This document shows positions 25,885 to 35,281 of a stretch of 40,277 bases of DNA, piece by piece. How positions within the stretch are numbered: the first letter of the stretch is position 1; every line of letters starts with the position of its first letter. The DNA is from a virus. Lineage: Duplodnaviria; Caudoviricetes. The stretch is from positions 1-40,277 of IMG/VR virus record IMGVR_UViG_3300042972_000028; one strand, given 5' to 3'. The notes under the pieces were generated by a model. The model did no database searches and had not been told where the DNA came from. It worked only from the letters and a program-made list of their open reading frames with translations. The translations under genes and the position numbers were made by a program.

Positions 25885-26382
25885 TTGACTATCACCATTA
25901 CCAAACCCACCGCGAAGGTGGAGGTCATCACCGATGTGAATGTGCTGAGGGACTTGATCGAAGCGTTCAACGTTCTCAACCAGCTGCAAGAGGCGAACAA
26001 GCCCGCCAAGACCGTGCAGGCGCAGAAAACCAAGACCCGTAAAATCATGAAACAGGTGGATGAATCCACGCTGATCTTCGTTTTGCACGGGTTGAATTCC
26101 AGTGCATGGAACCTCTTGGTCGTAAAACACTCATCCGCTAAGGGCAATGTGGTCGTCAAGGATTGGCCCGCTCTGATTATGGATGCGATCCCCGGCATGC
26201 TGGACGGGGTGCGCTGGAAGCTCCCGCATGACGGCGTGCAGGACGTGGCTTTGACGAACGATGAGTTGCATGAACTGCTCGAATCGTTGACAGACTCGCA
26301 GGCGCAGGAGCTGATGGTGCAAATTCAGACGTTGAACACTCCTGTGGCCTCGGTCCCAAAAGAATTGCGGGACCGTCTCTAG
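25885..26382 (+). CDS. Tail assembly chaperone (gpG-like)
   Basis: TTG start, TAGGAG SD; between major tail and tape measure; slippery site near end. Confidence 0.85.
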   Translation: MTITITKPTAKVEVITDVNVLRDLIEAFNVLNQLQEANKPAKTVQAQKTKTRKIMKQVDESTLIFVLHGLNSSAWNLLVVKHSSAKGNVVVKDWPALIMDAIPGMLDGVRWKLPHDGVQDVALTNDELHELLESLTDSQAQELMVQIQTLNTPVASVPKELRDRL

Positions 26383-26750
26383 CTGACCTGCTGGCAGATA
26401 ACCCGCAAATCCTCTCGGAGCTCAGATGCGCGAAGAGCCTCGGCGTGAGCTACAAGCGGTTTCTCGGATGGGAGCCGACACCTGACGATTCGGTGGAATG
26501 GGACTCCACAGAACGCGAGTGGATGCTAGCCCTGCAAACCTACGAGAACGCGCACGTCTGCCCAGTATGCGGCATGGACATCGATTTCTGCCATGACGAA
26601 CACCAGGTGCGAAGCGTTTTCAAACGCAGCGATGTCACCACATGTTTCGTCGGTGAGATGCGTGAGAAAAGCATGCGCGCGTTCGCCGAGTCGGGCGACG
26701 TGATCGCTCCAAACTCCCAGACCACGAAACTCGTCACAACAACCGAATAG
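26355..26750 (+). CDS. Tail assembly chaperone frameshift extension (gpGT-like)
   Basis: C CCA AAA at 26355-26361; the -1 frame is open and continues into the 26445-26750 ORF. Confidence 0.82.
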   Translation, partial: PKRIAGPSLADLLADNPQILSELRCAKSLGVSYKRFLGWEPTPDDSVEWDSTEREWMLALQTYENAHVCPVCGMDIDFCHDEHQVRSVFKRSDVTTCFVGEMREKSMRAFAESGDVIAPNSQTTKLVTTTE

Positions 26751-26759
26751 AGGTGCGTC

Positions 26760-29741
26760 TTGGCGCTTAATGAGAACATCATCATCCGCCTCATGGCGGA
26801 TACGTCGAACTACACGACCAAGATGCAGGCGGCGGGCGCGCAATCCGAAAAACTCGCAACATCGATGGAGAAACCGCGCAGCACCTCGGACAAGCTCAAA
26901 AGCGGTTTCATGACCGCAGGCATCGCGGTAGGAGCGCTCTCCGCAGCTGTGGGCGTGGCAGCAGTGAAGAGCTTCATGGACTTCGACGCATCCATGAGCA
27001 CCGTACAGGCAAACACCAAAGCCAGCGCTAGCGAAATGAGCAAGCTGCGTGACGCCGCACTAGACGCGGGGCAACGCACAATATACAGCGCTACAGAATC
27101 CGCTGACGCAATTAACGAGCTAGCCAAAGCAGGTATGAGCACCGCCAACATTCTCAACGGCGGGCTCAACGGAGCACTCGATCTCGCGGCATCGGACGGC
27201 ATGGCTGTCAGTGACGCCGCTGAACTCATGGCATCCACACTCGCACAATTCAACCTCAAAGGCACGGACGCCACAAAGGTAGCGGACGCGCTCGCAGCAG
27301 GTGCAGGAAATGCTCAAGGCTCAGCCAGTGATTTAGGCAATGCTCTTTCGCAAGCTGGCTTGGTGGCGAATCAGTATGATGTGAGCATGCAGGAGACCAC
27401 GGGCACGCTCGCCGCGTTCGCGAACGCGGGCATGATCGGCTCCGATGCCGGTACCTCGCTTAAATCCATGCTGATTGCCCTTGCTAATCCGAGCAAGAAA
27501 GCTCAACAGGCACTTGACGATCTAGGAATCAGCGCTTGGGACTCGCAGGGTAATTTCATTGGTCTCTCCGGCCTTGCAGGACAGTTGCAGACTAAGATGG
27601 CGGGGCTGACTGATCAGCAACGTCAGCAAGCGATGGCTACCATTTTCGGCACTGACGCGGTGCGGTCTGCTGGCGTCCTTTACAAAGAGGGTGCTAGTGG
27701 GATTGATAAGTGGACAAAAACTGTTTCGGACTCTGGTTATGCTTCCGAGCAGGCTGCCGCACGTACCAACAACCTCAAGGGTGACATCGAACAGTTCACC
27801 GGCTCCATTGAAACAATGCTCATCAAGATTGGCGGTGGCGCGAACGGCCCGTTACGTACGATGGTGCATGGTGCGACCGATCTTGTTACTGCTTTCAGTA
27901 CGTTAGACCCGCATATCCAGCAGACCGTAGTTCTGCTGGGTGTTGCGGCTGGTGCAACCGCTGGACTTCATAAGATGTTCGGAAATCTTTCCACTTCTTC
28001 CAGTGGGTTTGGGCGGAGTATGGGACTCGCGCTTGACCCCATGCAACGGTTGCAGGGGTTGTGGAGTGGGTTGAGTACCGGGGCGCAAACTATGGCCACG
28101 GCATTTCAAAGCCCGACTAGGCAAATGGAATTGTTCGGCACGACCATGAGCCGTGGGAAGGCTATTTCCAATGGTTTCAAAAGCGTCGGTTCCGGACTCA
28201 TGTCCATGATGGGCGGGCCTTGGGGGGTAGCGTTCGCTGCCGCTGGAGCAGCTCTTGCCATCTGGTCGCAGAAGACTGCTGATGCGAAAACGCGCACGGA
28301 CAATATGACCAGTGCGCTCAAATCTGGTCAGACCGCGGTTCAGAAACTCACACAGAATCTGCAGAGTGGGAACGACACTGATTGGGGTTGGTTCCAGAAG
28401 ACACGCACGGGAGCCGATAGCCTCGCCCAGGCGCTGGATAAGGCTGGTGTCAGTCAGAAGACCTTCGTTGACGCGGCGATGGGTGATAAAACCGCAATAG
28501 CCTCGTTCAACCAAGAGTTGGATGATTACATCAACAAACATGGCGGTGCCGGAACCGTAACGGATGAGTTGCGTGCGCATTTGGAGCAGCAGACCAAAGC
28601 TGTTTCCGGTTCCAAGGAGGCCATGAAGGAGCAAGCCGAGGCAGACAAGCAAGCCACTGCCGAAAAGGTGAACAACACCTTGGCGACGGCTGGGCTCACC
28701 GATGCGACCGCCACCAACACGGATGCTACATCAGAAGCAGCCGATGCGAACGATATCCTCGCGGAATCCTTCGGGGCCTCCAGCAAGGGCATTGACGATC
28801 AGGCATCAGCCTTGGGAGAGGCGTTGGATGCACTGAAAACCTACTACGGTTTCTCACTCGATGCTTCAGATGCCACTATTGCATTGCATGATTCCTTCGA
28901 TAATGCTGATAAGGCAATAAGCGATAACGGTAAAACCTTGGATCTCAACACGGAGAAGGGCCGTGCGAATCAGTCAGCGTTGAACGACGTGGCTAAATCA
29001 GCGTTGGATGCGGCTGAGGCGCAGGCCCGTAACGGACAGAGTGTAGACCAGATCCTGCCGACCATTGATAATGCCAGGAACCGATTCGTTGATTTCGCCG
29101 TGAGAATGGGCATGGGCACAACCGAGGCAAACGCACTGGCTGACCAGTCCGGTCTCACCAAGGATGCCGTGAACCGACTCACCCAGTCCGTCAACAATGT
29201 GCCGGCGTTGAAGATAGTAAAAATCAATGGTGACATCAGCGATGCCCAGGCAAAAATCGGGGTTATCAAGAACGATTTGCTGCAAATCAATGACAAAACA
29301 GTACGGGTAACCATGAACTATGTCACAACTGGGAATACCCAAGGCTTGCATGTAGCAGTTGGTGGCAATGGTGGAACCCTGGTCAAAGCTTCCGGTGGTT
29401 ATATTTCCGGCCCGGGTACTGCCACATCAGATTCGATACCCGCACGCTTATCCAATGGAGAGTATGTCATTCGAGCATCCGCGGTCGATCATTATGGCGT
29501 GGGATTGTTCGACCAGTTGAATTACCAACGCTATGCAACCGGCGGGCTGGTGCAGCAGTATCAGGCGACACCGTTGCCGGAGAGCGTACCGGTGGGGAAG
29601 TCCCAGAGGCCAGTGCGTGTGGAACTCCACCAGACCATTAGCAGCCCGTTCCCCCAGAGCCTTGATGTGTTGGCGGCGAAAGTCAAGGTCAAAACGGATC
29701 AGGCAATGAGAGATGCTCTGGTATCTACGGGAGGCATGTGA
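26760..29741 (+). CDS. Tape measure protein
   Basis: 993 aa Ala-rich, TP901-type core, GPGTATSDSIPARLSNGEYV C-terminal motif. Confidence 0.95.
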   Translation: MALNENIIIRLMADTSNYTTKMQAAGAQSEKLATSMEKPRSTSDKLKSGFMTAGIAVGALSAAVGVAAVKSFMDFDASMSTVQANTKASASEMSKLRDAALDAGQRTIYSATESADAINELAKAGMSTANILNGGLNGALDLAASDGMAVSDAAELMASTLAQFNLKGTDATKVADALAAGAGNAQGSASDLGNALSQAGLVANQYDVSMQETTGTLAAFANAGMIGSDAGTSLKSMLIALANPSKKAQQALDDLGISAWDSQGNFIGLSGLAGQLQTKMAGLTDQQRQQAMATIFGTDAVRSAGVLYKEGASGIDKWTKTVSDSGYASEQAAARTNNLKGDIEQFTGSIETMLIKIGGGANGPLRTMVHGATDLVTAFSTLDPHIQQTVVLLGVAAGATAGLHKMFGNLSTSSSGFGRSMGLALDPMQRLQGLWSGLSTGAQTMATAFQSPTRQMELFGTTMSRGKAISNGFKSVGSGLMSMMGGPWGVAFAAAGAALAIWSQKTADAKTRTDNMTSALKSGQTAVQKLTQNLQSGNDTDWGWFQKTRTGADSLAQALDKAGVSQKTFVDAAMGDKTAIASFNQELDDYINKHGGAGTVTDELRAHLEQQTKAVSGSKEAMKEQAEADKQATAEKVNNTLATAGLTDATATNTDATSEAADANDILAESFGASSKGIDDQASALGEALDALKTYYGFSLDASDATIALHDSFDNADKAISDNGKTLDLNTEKGRANQSALNDVAKSALDAAEAQARNGQSVDQILPTIDNARNRFVDFAVRMGMGTTEANALADQSGLTKDAVNRLTQSVNNVPALKIVKINGDISDAQAKIGVIKNDLLQINDKTVRVTMNYVTTGNTQGLHVAVGGNGGTLVKASGGYISGPGTATSDSIPARLSNGEYVIRASAVDHYGVGLFDQLNYQRYATGGLVQQYQATPLPESVPVGKSQRPVRVELHQTISSPFPQSLDVLAAKVKVKTDQAMRDALVSTGGM

Positions 29742-30472
29742 TGAGAATCAGTATTGTTTCCGACGATGATGTCATCCCGTTCGCTAACGGCATGTACCCG
29801 GATTACACCGGGTTTTGGATTGTGGCGGGCGGGATTGACGGATTGTATGGTTCTCCGGGGATCCGGGAAACTCCTGTTGACATTCCCCAAATGGACGGAC
29901 AGTACTGGCCGTCACGACTCACGCAGGGGGGGCGCACCATAACCCTGAAATGCGGCGCGCTATGTCGAACGAGTGTTGAAACAGCGAACGTGCTGGAACG
30001 GTTGAGCGCGTTAATGACCAAAACCCTCAGGTTGCGTGTAGAGGATGAGAGCGGAGTGAAAACACTCTCCGGTTTTATCGCTGATGATTTCGAACCGTCC
30101 ATTTGGTGGAGTCGTGACCGAGTGTATTTCACCATCATTTTCTATTGTCCTGATCCGTTGAAGTATGGGCCTGCGGTGTCGTTTGTGTCGTCGGGTTCGG
30201 TGGTGCGTGTTGAGAATGCGGGCAGGGTTGCTGTGTATCCGAGTGTTCGTGTGAATGGTTCGGTGTCTGCAATGTTGTTGATGTTGGGTTCTCGAACTGT
30301 TCAGTGGACAGGCAATGCTAATGGGCTTGATCTTGATTTACGCGACATGATTCCCAGTTCTGGTGTGGTTTCTGGTCAGGCGTTCAAGATTCCTCCTGGT
30401 GTGAGTGCAGTTCCTGTTTCTTGGTCTGGTAATGGTTCGTTGATATTGACTGTTAGCCCTGCGTGGAGGTGA
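29738..30472 (+). CDS. Distal tail protein (Dit-like)
   Basis: Follows tape measure; CPDPLKYG, NAG...YP, terminal PAW. Confidence 0.8.
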   Translation: MMRISIVSDDDVIPFANGMYPDYTGFWIVAGGIDGLYGSPGIRETPVDIPQMDGQYWPSRLTQGGRTITLKCGALCRTSVETANVLERLSALMTKTLRLRVEDESGVKTLSGFIADDFEPSIWWSRDRVYFTIIFYCPDPLKYGPAVSFVSSGSVVRVENAGRVAVYPSVRVNGSVSAMLLMLGSRTVQWTGNANGLDLDLRDMIPSSGVVSGQAFKIPPGVSAVPVSWSGNGSLILTVSPAWR

Positions 30473-30475
30473 CTC

Positions 30476-30664
30476 ATGGCTCACATGATTGAAATGACGA
30501 AAGCCGGACTGTTTCTGAAGCATGACGAGAGCTGCGAAGACATTATGAACTGCCCTTATACGCGGGCGTTCTGCAGGATTCCAGCCAGTGACGACGGCAT
30601 CGGGGTTGGATTGTCAACCGACGGCAGGCTCTTCATCTGCGAAGGGGAAATCGAGGAAGCGTAG
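30476..30664 (+). CDS. Small hypothetical protein inserted in tail module
   Basis: GGAGGTG SD; 3' end overlaps the antisense ORF. Confidence 0.45.
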   Translation: MAHMIEMTKAGLFLKHDESCEDIMNCPYTRAFCRIPASDDGIGVGLSTDGRLFICEGEIEEA

Positions 30665-30988
30665 CCACTTGTCCTCGTCTTCCGCTGGAACGCGAAATTG
30701 TACGGTCTGTTCCTTGCCGTCCGGTTTCGTGAGGGTCATGTTGACTATCGGCGCTGCGGAGCTGATCTTGATGCTCATTGCTTTGAGCAGTGGCGGTACT
30801 TCGTCTCCGACGACGATCCGGCCTTGATTATCGGTCATGAACGCGTTCTCTGTTTTCAGTTCGAGATAGTGGAATTCGCAAACCTGGAACGGTTGTTTCC
30901 CTGCAGGTCTGAATACGCGGCGTGCCTTTTCCTGGCAGCCTTTGACGTCACATCCGTTGATTCGTTGCAGCAGTTCTGAAGCTTTCAT
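30614..30988 (-). CDS. Antisense moron protein with CxxxC...CxxH motif
   Basis: Protein-like 124 aa ORF breaking the tail operon, AAAGGA upstream. Confidence 0.6.
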   Translation of the reverse strand: MKASELLQRINGCDVKGCQEKARRVFRPAGKQPFQVCEFHYLELKTENAFMTDNQGRIVVGDEVPPLLKAMSIKISSAAPIVNMTLTKPDGKEQTVQFRVPAEDEDKWLRFLDFPFADEEPAVG

Positions 30989-31034
30989 ATGAAAATCATA
31001 ATCCTTTGTTTATTCCATCCGCTTGGAGGTAGTC

Positions 31035-32195
31035 ATGTTGGAACCGTTGGTTGTTGATGTGTTTGGCCCGTTGGGTGATCCGATGTTTCGTTTGCCGTAT
31101 TCGAAGGCTTCTTGGTCGGATTCGATTTCTGAGACTGGGAGTTTGCAACTGGATGTGGATTATTCGCGTGAGGTGTTGCGTATTCCACGGGGTTTGCGTG
31201 AGTTGTTGAAATTGTGGGGTGTGATTATTGCTGCGCACCGGTTTGACCTGGTGTCTGGGGTTGATGTGGTGAAGCATGCTGGCCCATTGACGGATTACAC
31301 GTGGGATCATCAGTCGCGCAAATTGCAGTTAACGTGTGGTGGTGGTTGGAGTTTAACGTCTACTCGTTTGGTGTTGAATCACACGTTGGAGTCGGGTTGG
31401 GTTGATGGTGATGTGCTGGTGGATGAGGAGCATCCTGCTGGCGCGTGGGTGTTGACGTTGACTGGGAGTTATTCCGATATTGCTCGTGGTTTGGTCGCGG
31501 AGGCGATGAAATGGGGAGCGCTGCCGATTACGCTGCCTAGTGTTCAGGGTGGTTCGCGTACACGTACGTATAACGGTTATGACGTGGCGAAAGTGTCTGA
31601 CCGTTTGGATGAGTTAGCGAAGTTGGCTGATGGTAACGAGATACGTTTCGATCCTAGGCTGAAATCTGATGGTACGCTCACGTTTGATTTGCGTAGTGGT
31701 TCAAACATTGTTGGTCATGAAGCTGAGATTATTGACCACTCGTGGTTGGAAGATACTGATTTTGGCGCTTGGCATGCGGATGTTCCTGGACAGCGGGTGA
31801 AGTTAAAAACTGTTGTTGGTAGTGGTTCGGGTATGACGAACCAGGTGTATGTGATTGGTGGCAAGCATGGTGATAAGACCGTCATGGCTCGTGTCACTGA
31901 TAATTCGAGTGTGCTTCCCCTGTTGATTCAGTCGGCTGATACGACGCATACCACGGCGACAGAGTTAGCAACGTTGAGAGCTTATGCGCAGGCTGGTGTT
32001 GCGTATGGTGCGTATCCGGATGAAACGTTTTCGCTTGAGGTTGGTGAAGAGTTTCCTGTTCGTCCTGGTGATTATGCGGATGTGTGGGTTGAGGACGATT
32101 TCCTGGGTGACATGATGTTACAGCTCAAAATCACTGATGTTGATGGGTCTTCGGATTCGGATTGGTTGACTGTTCAGGCGAGGGAGCGTGGCTGA
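31035..32195 (+). CDS. Minor tail protein (baseplate hub/Tal-like)
   Basis: GGAGGT SD; synteny after Dit. Confidence 0.8.
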   Translation: MLEPLVVDVFGPLGDPMFRLPYSKASWSDSISETGSLQLDVDYSREVLRIPRGLRELLKLWGVIIAAHRFDLVSGVDVVKHAGPLTDYTWDHQSRKLQLTCGGGWSLTSTRLVLNHTLESGWVDGDVLVDEEHPAGAWVLTLTGSYSDIARGLVAEAMKWGALPITLPSVQGGSRTRTYNGYDVAKVSDRLDELAKLADGNEIRFDPRLKSDGTLTFDLRSGSNIVGHEAEIIDHSWLEDTDFGAWHADVPGQRVKLKTVVGSGSGMTNQVYVIGGKHGDKTVMARVTDNSSVLPLLIQSADTTHTTATELATLRAYAQAGVAYGAYPDETFSLEVGEEFPVRPGDYADVWVEDDFLGDMMLQLKITDVDGSSDSDWLTVQARERG

Positions 32196-33463
32196 TGACA
32201 GATACGCATATGTTGATGTTTGGTGATGGTAGTCCGGCTGGTACTGGTGTGGCTGTTGAATCGAATCGGTGGCCGCAATTGTTGGCTGCTGCGCTCTCGT
32301 TGACTCCACATGTGTATGCGGTGGAGGGAGCAGGATACACCGTTGGGGGTGGGAGTGTGCTCTCGCAGCTGACGGTTGCTGCTGCAGATACTAGCGTGAT
32401 GTCGGATGCCGTGGGGTTAGTGTGTATCGCTGCAGGGTATAACGATGCCATACTCGGTGGTGATGTTGGTGATACAGCTAGTCAATTGTTTACGATTACC
32501 ACGACGCTACGTAAACGGTACACGAATGCGAAAATCGTGGTCATGATTGGTCCGCAAGGTGTTAAACAGGATGATTTCAATACTACATTTGAGCCGTTTT
32601 ATTTAGGCTTGTCTGCTGCTGCTCGAACGGTGAGTGCGGACAGTGTTGTGGACATGTGGGATTGGCTGTTTAACCATGTGGATGATGTGCAGTCAGACGG
32701 CGTGCATCCTAACGAGGCGGGTCATACGCTGATAGCCACGCAAATGCAACCGTTGATCCCTGATATTAATGTTCCTGATCCTCCTGACCTGAATCCTGTT
32801 GAACCATTAGGGGTACGTAAATATGCTCCTGGGCGTGCGGATTGGACGAAAGATTCATTACGAGCCGAACGAGTGCGTAATCAGGAGAAGAATCAGGCGA
32901 ATAGTGCATCTGGTTCAGAAATCCCTCAGACCACTATCAAATTGGATGCGTTAACCAAAGAGTTAGCCACTCAACAACGGTTAACTACGAGTTTGACTGC
33001 TCAACTGTCACAAAATCAGCAACAGTTACAGGTCGCGCAACAAGAATTACAGTCGCAGCAGAAGAAACTCGAGGATGCACAAGATGAGATTAAACGAGTT
33101 ACTCCCACTATTAGTACTGTGCCAGGAACTTCAGCAGGAGGCTCGCTCGGTTCTGGTTGGACGAATCTGATCTCGTTGACTGCTAAACGTGACACGTCGA
33201 ACGGGAAAACACGAGCACAAGTGACCATCACAGTTACAGCCGTGAAACCAGGAGATGGATTGCCATTATTGGAATGCTTGGTGGGCGGTACCAGGGTAGC
33301 CAGTTTTCCTGGCGTTACCGCTAATGGTGACAGTTTCGGCGGCACTGCCGGCGCGACCATCACTACAGATCAGCCAGTGGTGCTACGTGGTAAATCAACA
33401 ACTGCTGATGCGAGCCCAGTAAGTGGAGTCTCAATGAGCTTGTCCATCATGAGTATCGCATAG
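32195..33463 (+). CDS. Minor tail protein with N-terminal SGNH-like domain (GDG variant), coiled coil and beta-rich C-terminus
   Basis: FGDGS, AVEGAGY, AAGYND, DGVHPN..GH blocks; Gln-rich heptads. Confidence 0.8.
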   Translation: MTDTHMLMFGDGSPAGTGVAVESNRWPQLLAAALSLTPHVYAVEGAGYTVGGGSVLSQLTVAAADTSVMSDAVGLVCIAAGYNDAILGGDVGDTASQLFTITTTLRKRYTNAKIVVMIGPQGVKQDDFNTTFEPFYLGLSAAARTVSADSVVDMWDWLFNHVDDVQSDGVHPNEAGHTLIATQMQPLIPDINVPDPPDLNPVEPLGVRKYAPGRADWTKDSLRAERVRNQEKNQANSASGSEIPQTTIKLDALTKELATQQRLTTSLTAQLSQNQQQLQVAQQELQSQQKKLEDAQDEIKRVTPTISTVPGTSAGGSLGSGWTNLISLTAKRDTSNGKTRAQVTITVTAVKPGDGLPLLECLVGGTRVASFPGVTANGDSFGGTAGATITTDQPVVLRGKSTTADASPVSGVSMSLSIMSIA

Positions 33464-33551
33464 AAAGGCACCCAACATGTCAGGTGTTTACGACGACGAT
33501 CACACAATACAACAAGGACTCGTTAGTGTTAATAAAAATGGAGGCCATTAA

Positions 33552-33902
33552 ATGAACGTTAATGGCTACAAAGTTGCACGCCAGGACATAAGACTAATCC
33601 GCGGCGACTCACATCGGCTGGGAGCTATCTGCCAAACGTATGATGCTGCGGGCAAACTGATACCAGTGAATCTAACCGGATGGTCGGGCTTTGTTGAACT
33701 GCGCTCGATGTCTGGCGTGCTGTGGTGGAGCGGTCAATGCGACATGACGAACGACGGGTATGCAGTGACTGACATGTCTTCTGACACGCTTACTGCCGCC
33801 GTGTGGCATGGTCGAAGTACCGGCCAGTGGAAATGCGTGGTAACGAGTCCTGCGAATGTGGTTAGCACGCTCGCATGGGGCTATTGGTATCTGACAGACT
33901 AA
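33552..33902 (+). CDS. Small tail/baseplate-associated protein
   Basis: GGAGG SD; LIRGD...PVNLTGW pattern typical of baseplate N-terminal-like domains. Confidence 0.7.
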   Translation: MNVNGYKVARQDIRLIRGDSHRLGAICQTYDAAGKLIPVNLTGWSGFVELRSMSGVLWWSGQCDMTNDGYAVTDMSSDTLTAAVWHGRSTGQWKCVVTSPANVVSTLAWGYWYLTD

Positions 33903-33926
33903 CAAAACGATTTTTAGGAGACAATT

Positions 33927-35177
33927 ATGGTGGATCAGATCATCGATTGCGTAAACGCGGGGCTGATAGGCAATCATGGAAGGCAAGGCTTGCCAGGTGT
34001 GAACGCTTTGCCTACTGACGAAGCAGTTGCTGAATATATTACCGATGTCGATGCGAAAACAAGATCTGCGCTAAATGCGACAGCGTCGGATTTAACAGCG
34101 ATCAAGAACCTGCGGGAACGCGTGGATGCAGTAGATTTTGTTACAAATGATGTTTGCGTGGTAATTGGTGACTCTATTGCAGTCGGATTAAATGTCGAGC
34201 CAACGAAACGATGGACAAGTCTATTCTGTTCGGAAATGGGGCTGACTGAAAAAAATTATGCGGTGTCAGGCACTGGATATTTAAATAAAATACCATTCGC
34301 CAATCAGATCGATCAGGCAATAGATGATACTTCGTTCGATAATGATCGGGTTGGACTAGTGATAGTAAGTGGCGGTATCAACGATGTGAGCACAAATGAC
34401 ATCACTTTAGAAGCTTCCAAGGATTTCGGAGTGATCCGTATGGAGTTTCCAGTGGCAAAACTTATGGTCGTGCCGTGTCTTGTTTGTAATAAGTATAATG
34501 ACCAGACGGTCATACAGAAGACTGGTGTTAACGAGATGATTTGCCGTGCTGCAGCACAGAATGGTGCTGATTTTGTAGCGAAGGGCGCAATGACTTGGTT
34601 GGTAGGTACTGACAGTATGGCGCAGCAAGATAATCTGCATCCGAATGAGATGGGACACAGATTCATTGCTTCGAATATCGAATCGCTTTATAACGGTGGC
34701 ACTGCATCTGCAGCTGGTTCGAACATATCATTACCTTTGAAGTTTCAGCTTGCTGACGATCCGAAGTACGTTGTGAATACTCCCACACGATACTATTCTC
34801 TAAATCGGATCGGCGAGAATCTACTTATGTTTACCGGTACGCAAACAATTAATGTTGCAGACGAATCAGATTGGATTGGGAGCAAAAAAATTGAAGTGAA
34901 GCTGTGCACAATCCCTGCCACATACTATAGATTGTTAATTGATATCGTTTCTCACTACCCAGTCACTCCGATGGTCAACCAACAGTATGTAGGATGTGCC
35001 GCATTGTATGCAGTCAATAACGCTGATAATACAATCGACCTGTTCTACCGGCTTGATATGACTTTTGCGTGCATTACTGACGGTACCACCGTGCGACAAA
35101 GTTATTCCCTCAGAAAGGGAGATTCCATCACATTGGAGGTTCAGCCGATAATTTTACCCGCATTTTCTGTGCTTTGA
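33927..35177 (+). CDS. SGNH/GDSL esterase tail or receptor-binding protein
   Basis: IGDSI, NYAVSGTGY, GGIND, DNLHPN..GH; virion-anchor-like N-terminus (G..GLPGVNA.PTDEAVA). Confidence 0.85.
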   Translation: MVDQIIDCVNAGLIGNHGRQGLPGVNALPTDEAVAEYITDVDAKTRSALNATASDLTAIKNLRERVDAVDFVTNDVCVVIGDSIAVGLNVEPTKRWTSLFCSEMGLTEKNYAVSGTGYLNKIPFANQIDQAIDDTSFDNDRVGLVIVSGGINDVSTNDITLEASKDFGVIRMEFPVAKLMVVPCLVCNKYNDQTVIQKTGVNEMICRAAAQNGADFVAKGAMTWLVGTDSMAQQDNLHPNEMGHRFIASNIESLYNGGTASAAGSNISLPLKFQLADDPKYVVNTPTRYYSLNRIGENLLMFTGTQTINVADESDWIGSKKIEVKLCTIPATYYRLLIDIVSHYPVTPMVNQQYVGCAALYAVNNADNTIDLFYRLDMTFACITDGTTVRQSYSLRKGDSITLEVQPIILPAFSVL

Positions 35178-35281
35178 TCTCAGGTGTAGAAGATCGAGAT
35201 CAGTCTGTAAAAACGTCTCTTCTGCTGACGAGTAGAGGCGTTCTGTATTTCATAGAAGTAGTAAATTTTAAAATTTCGTTA

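Noticed and set aside
32195-35177. Diversity-generating retroelement or invertible tail-fibre cassette
   Set aside because: No reverse transcriptase or invertase, and no TR/VR or inverted repeat pair seen by eye
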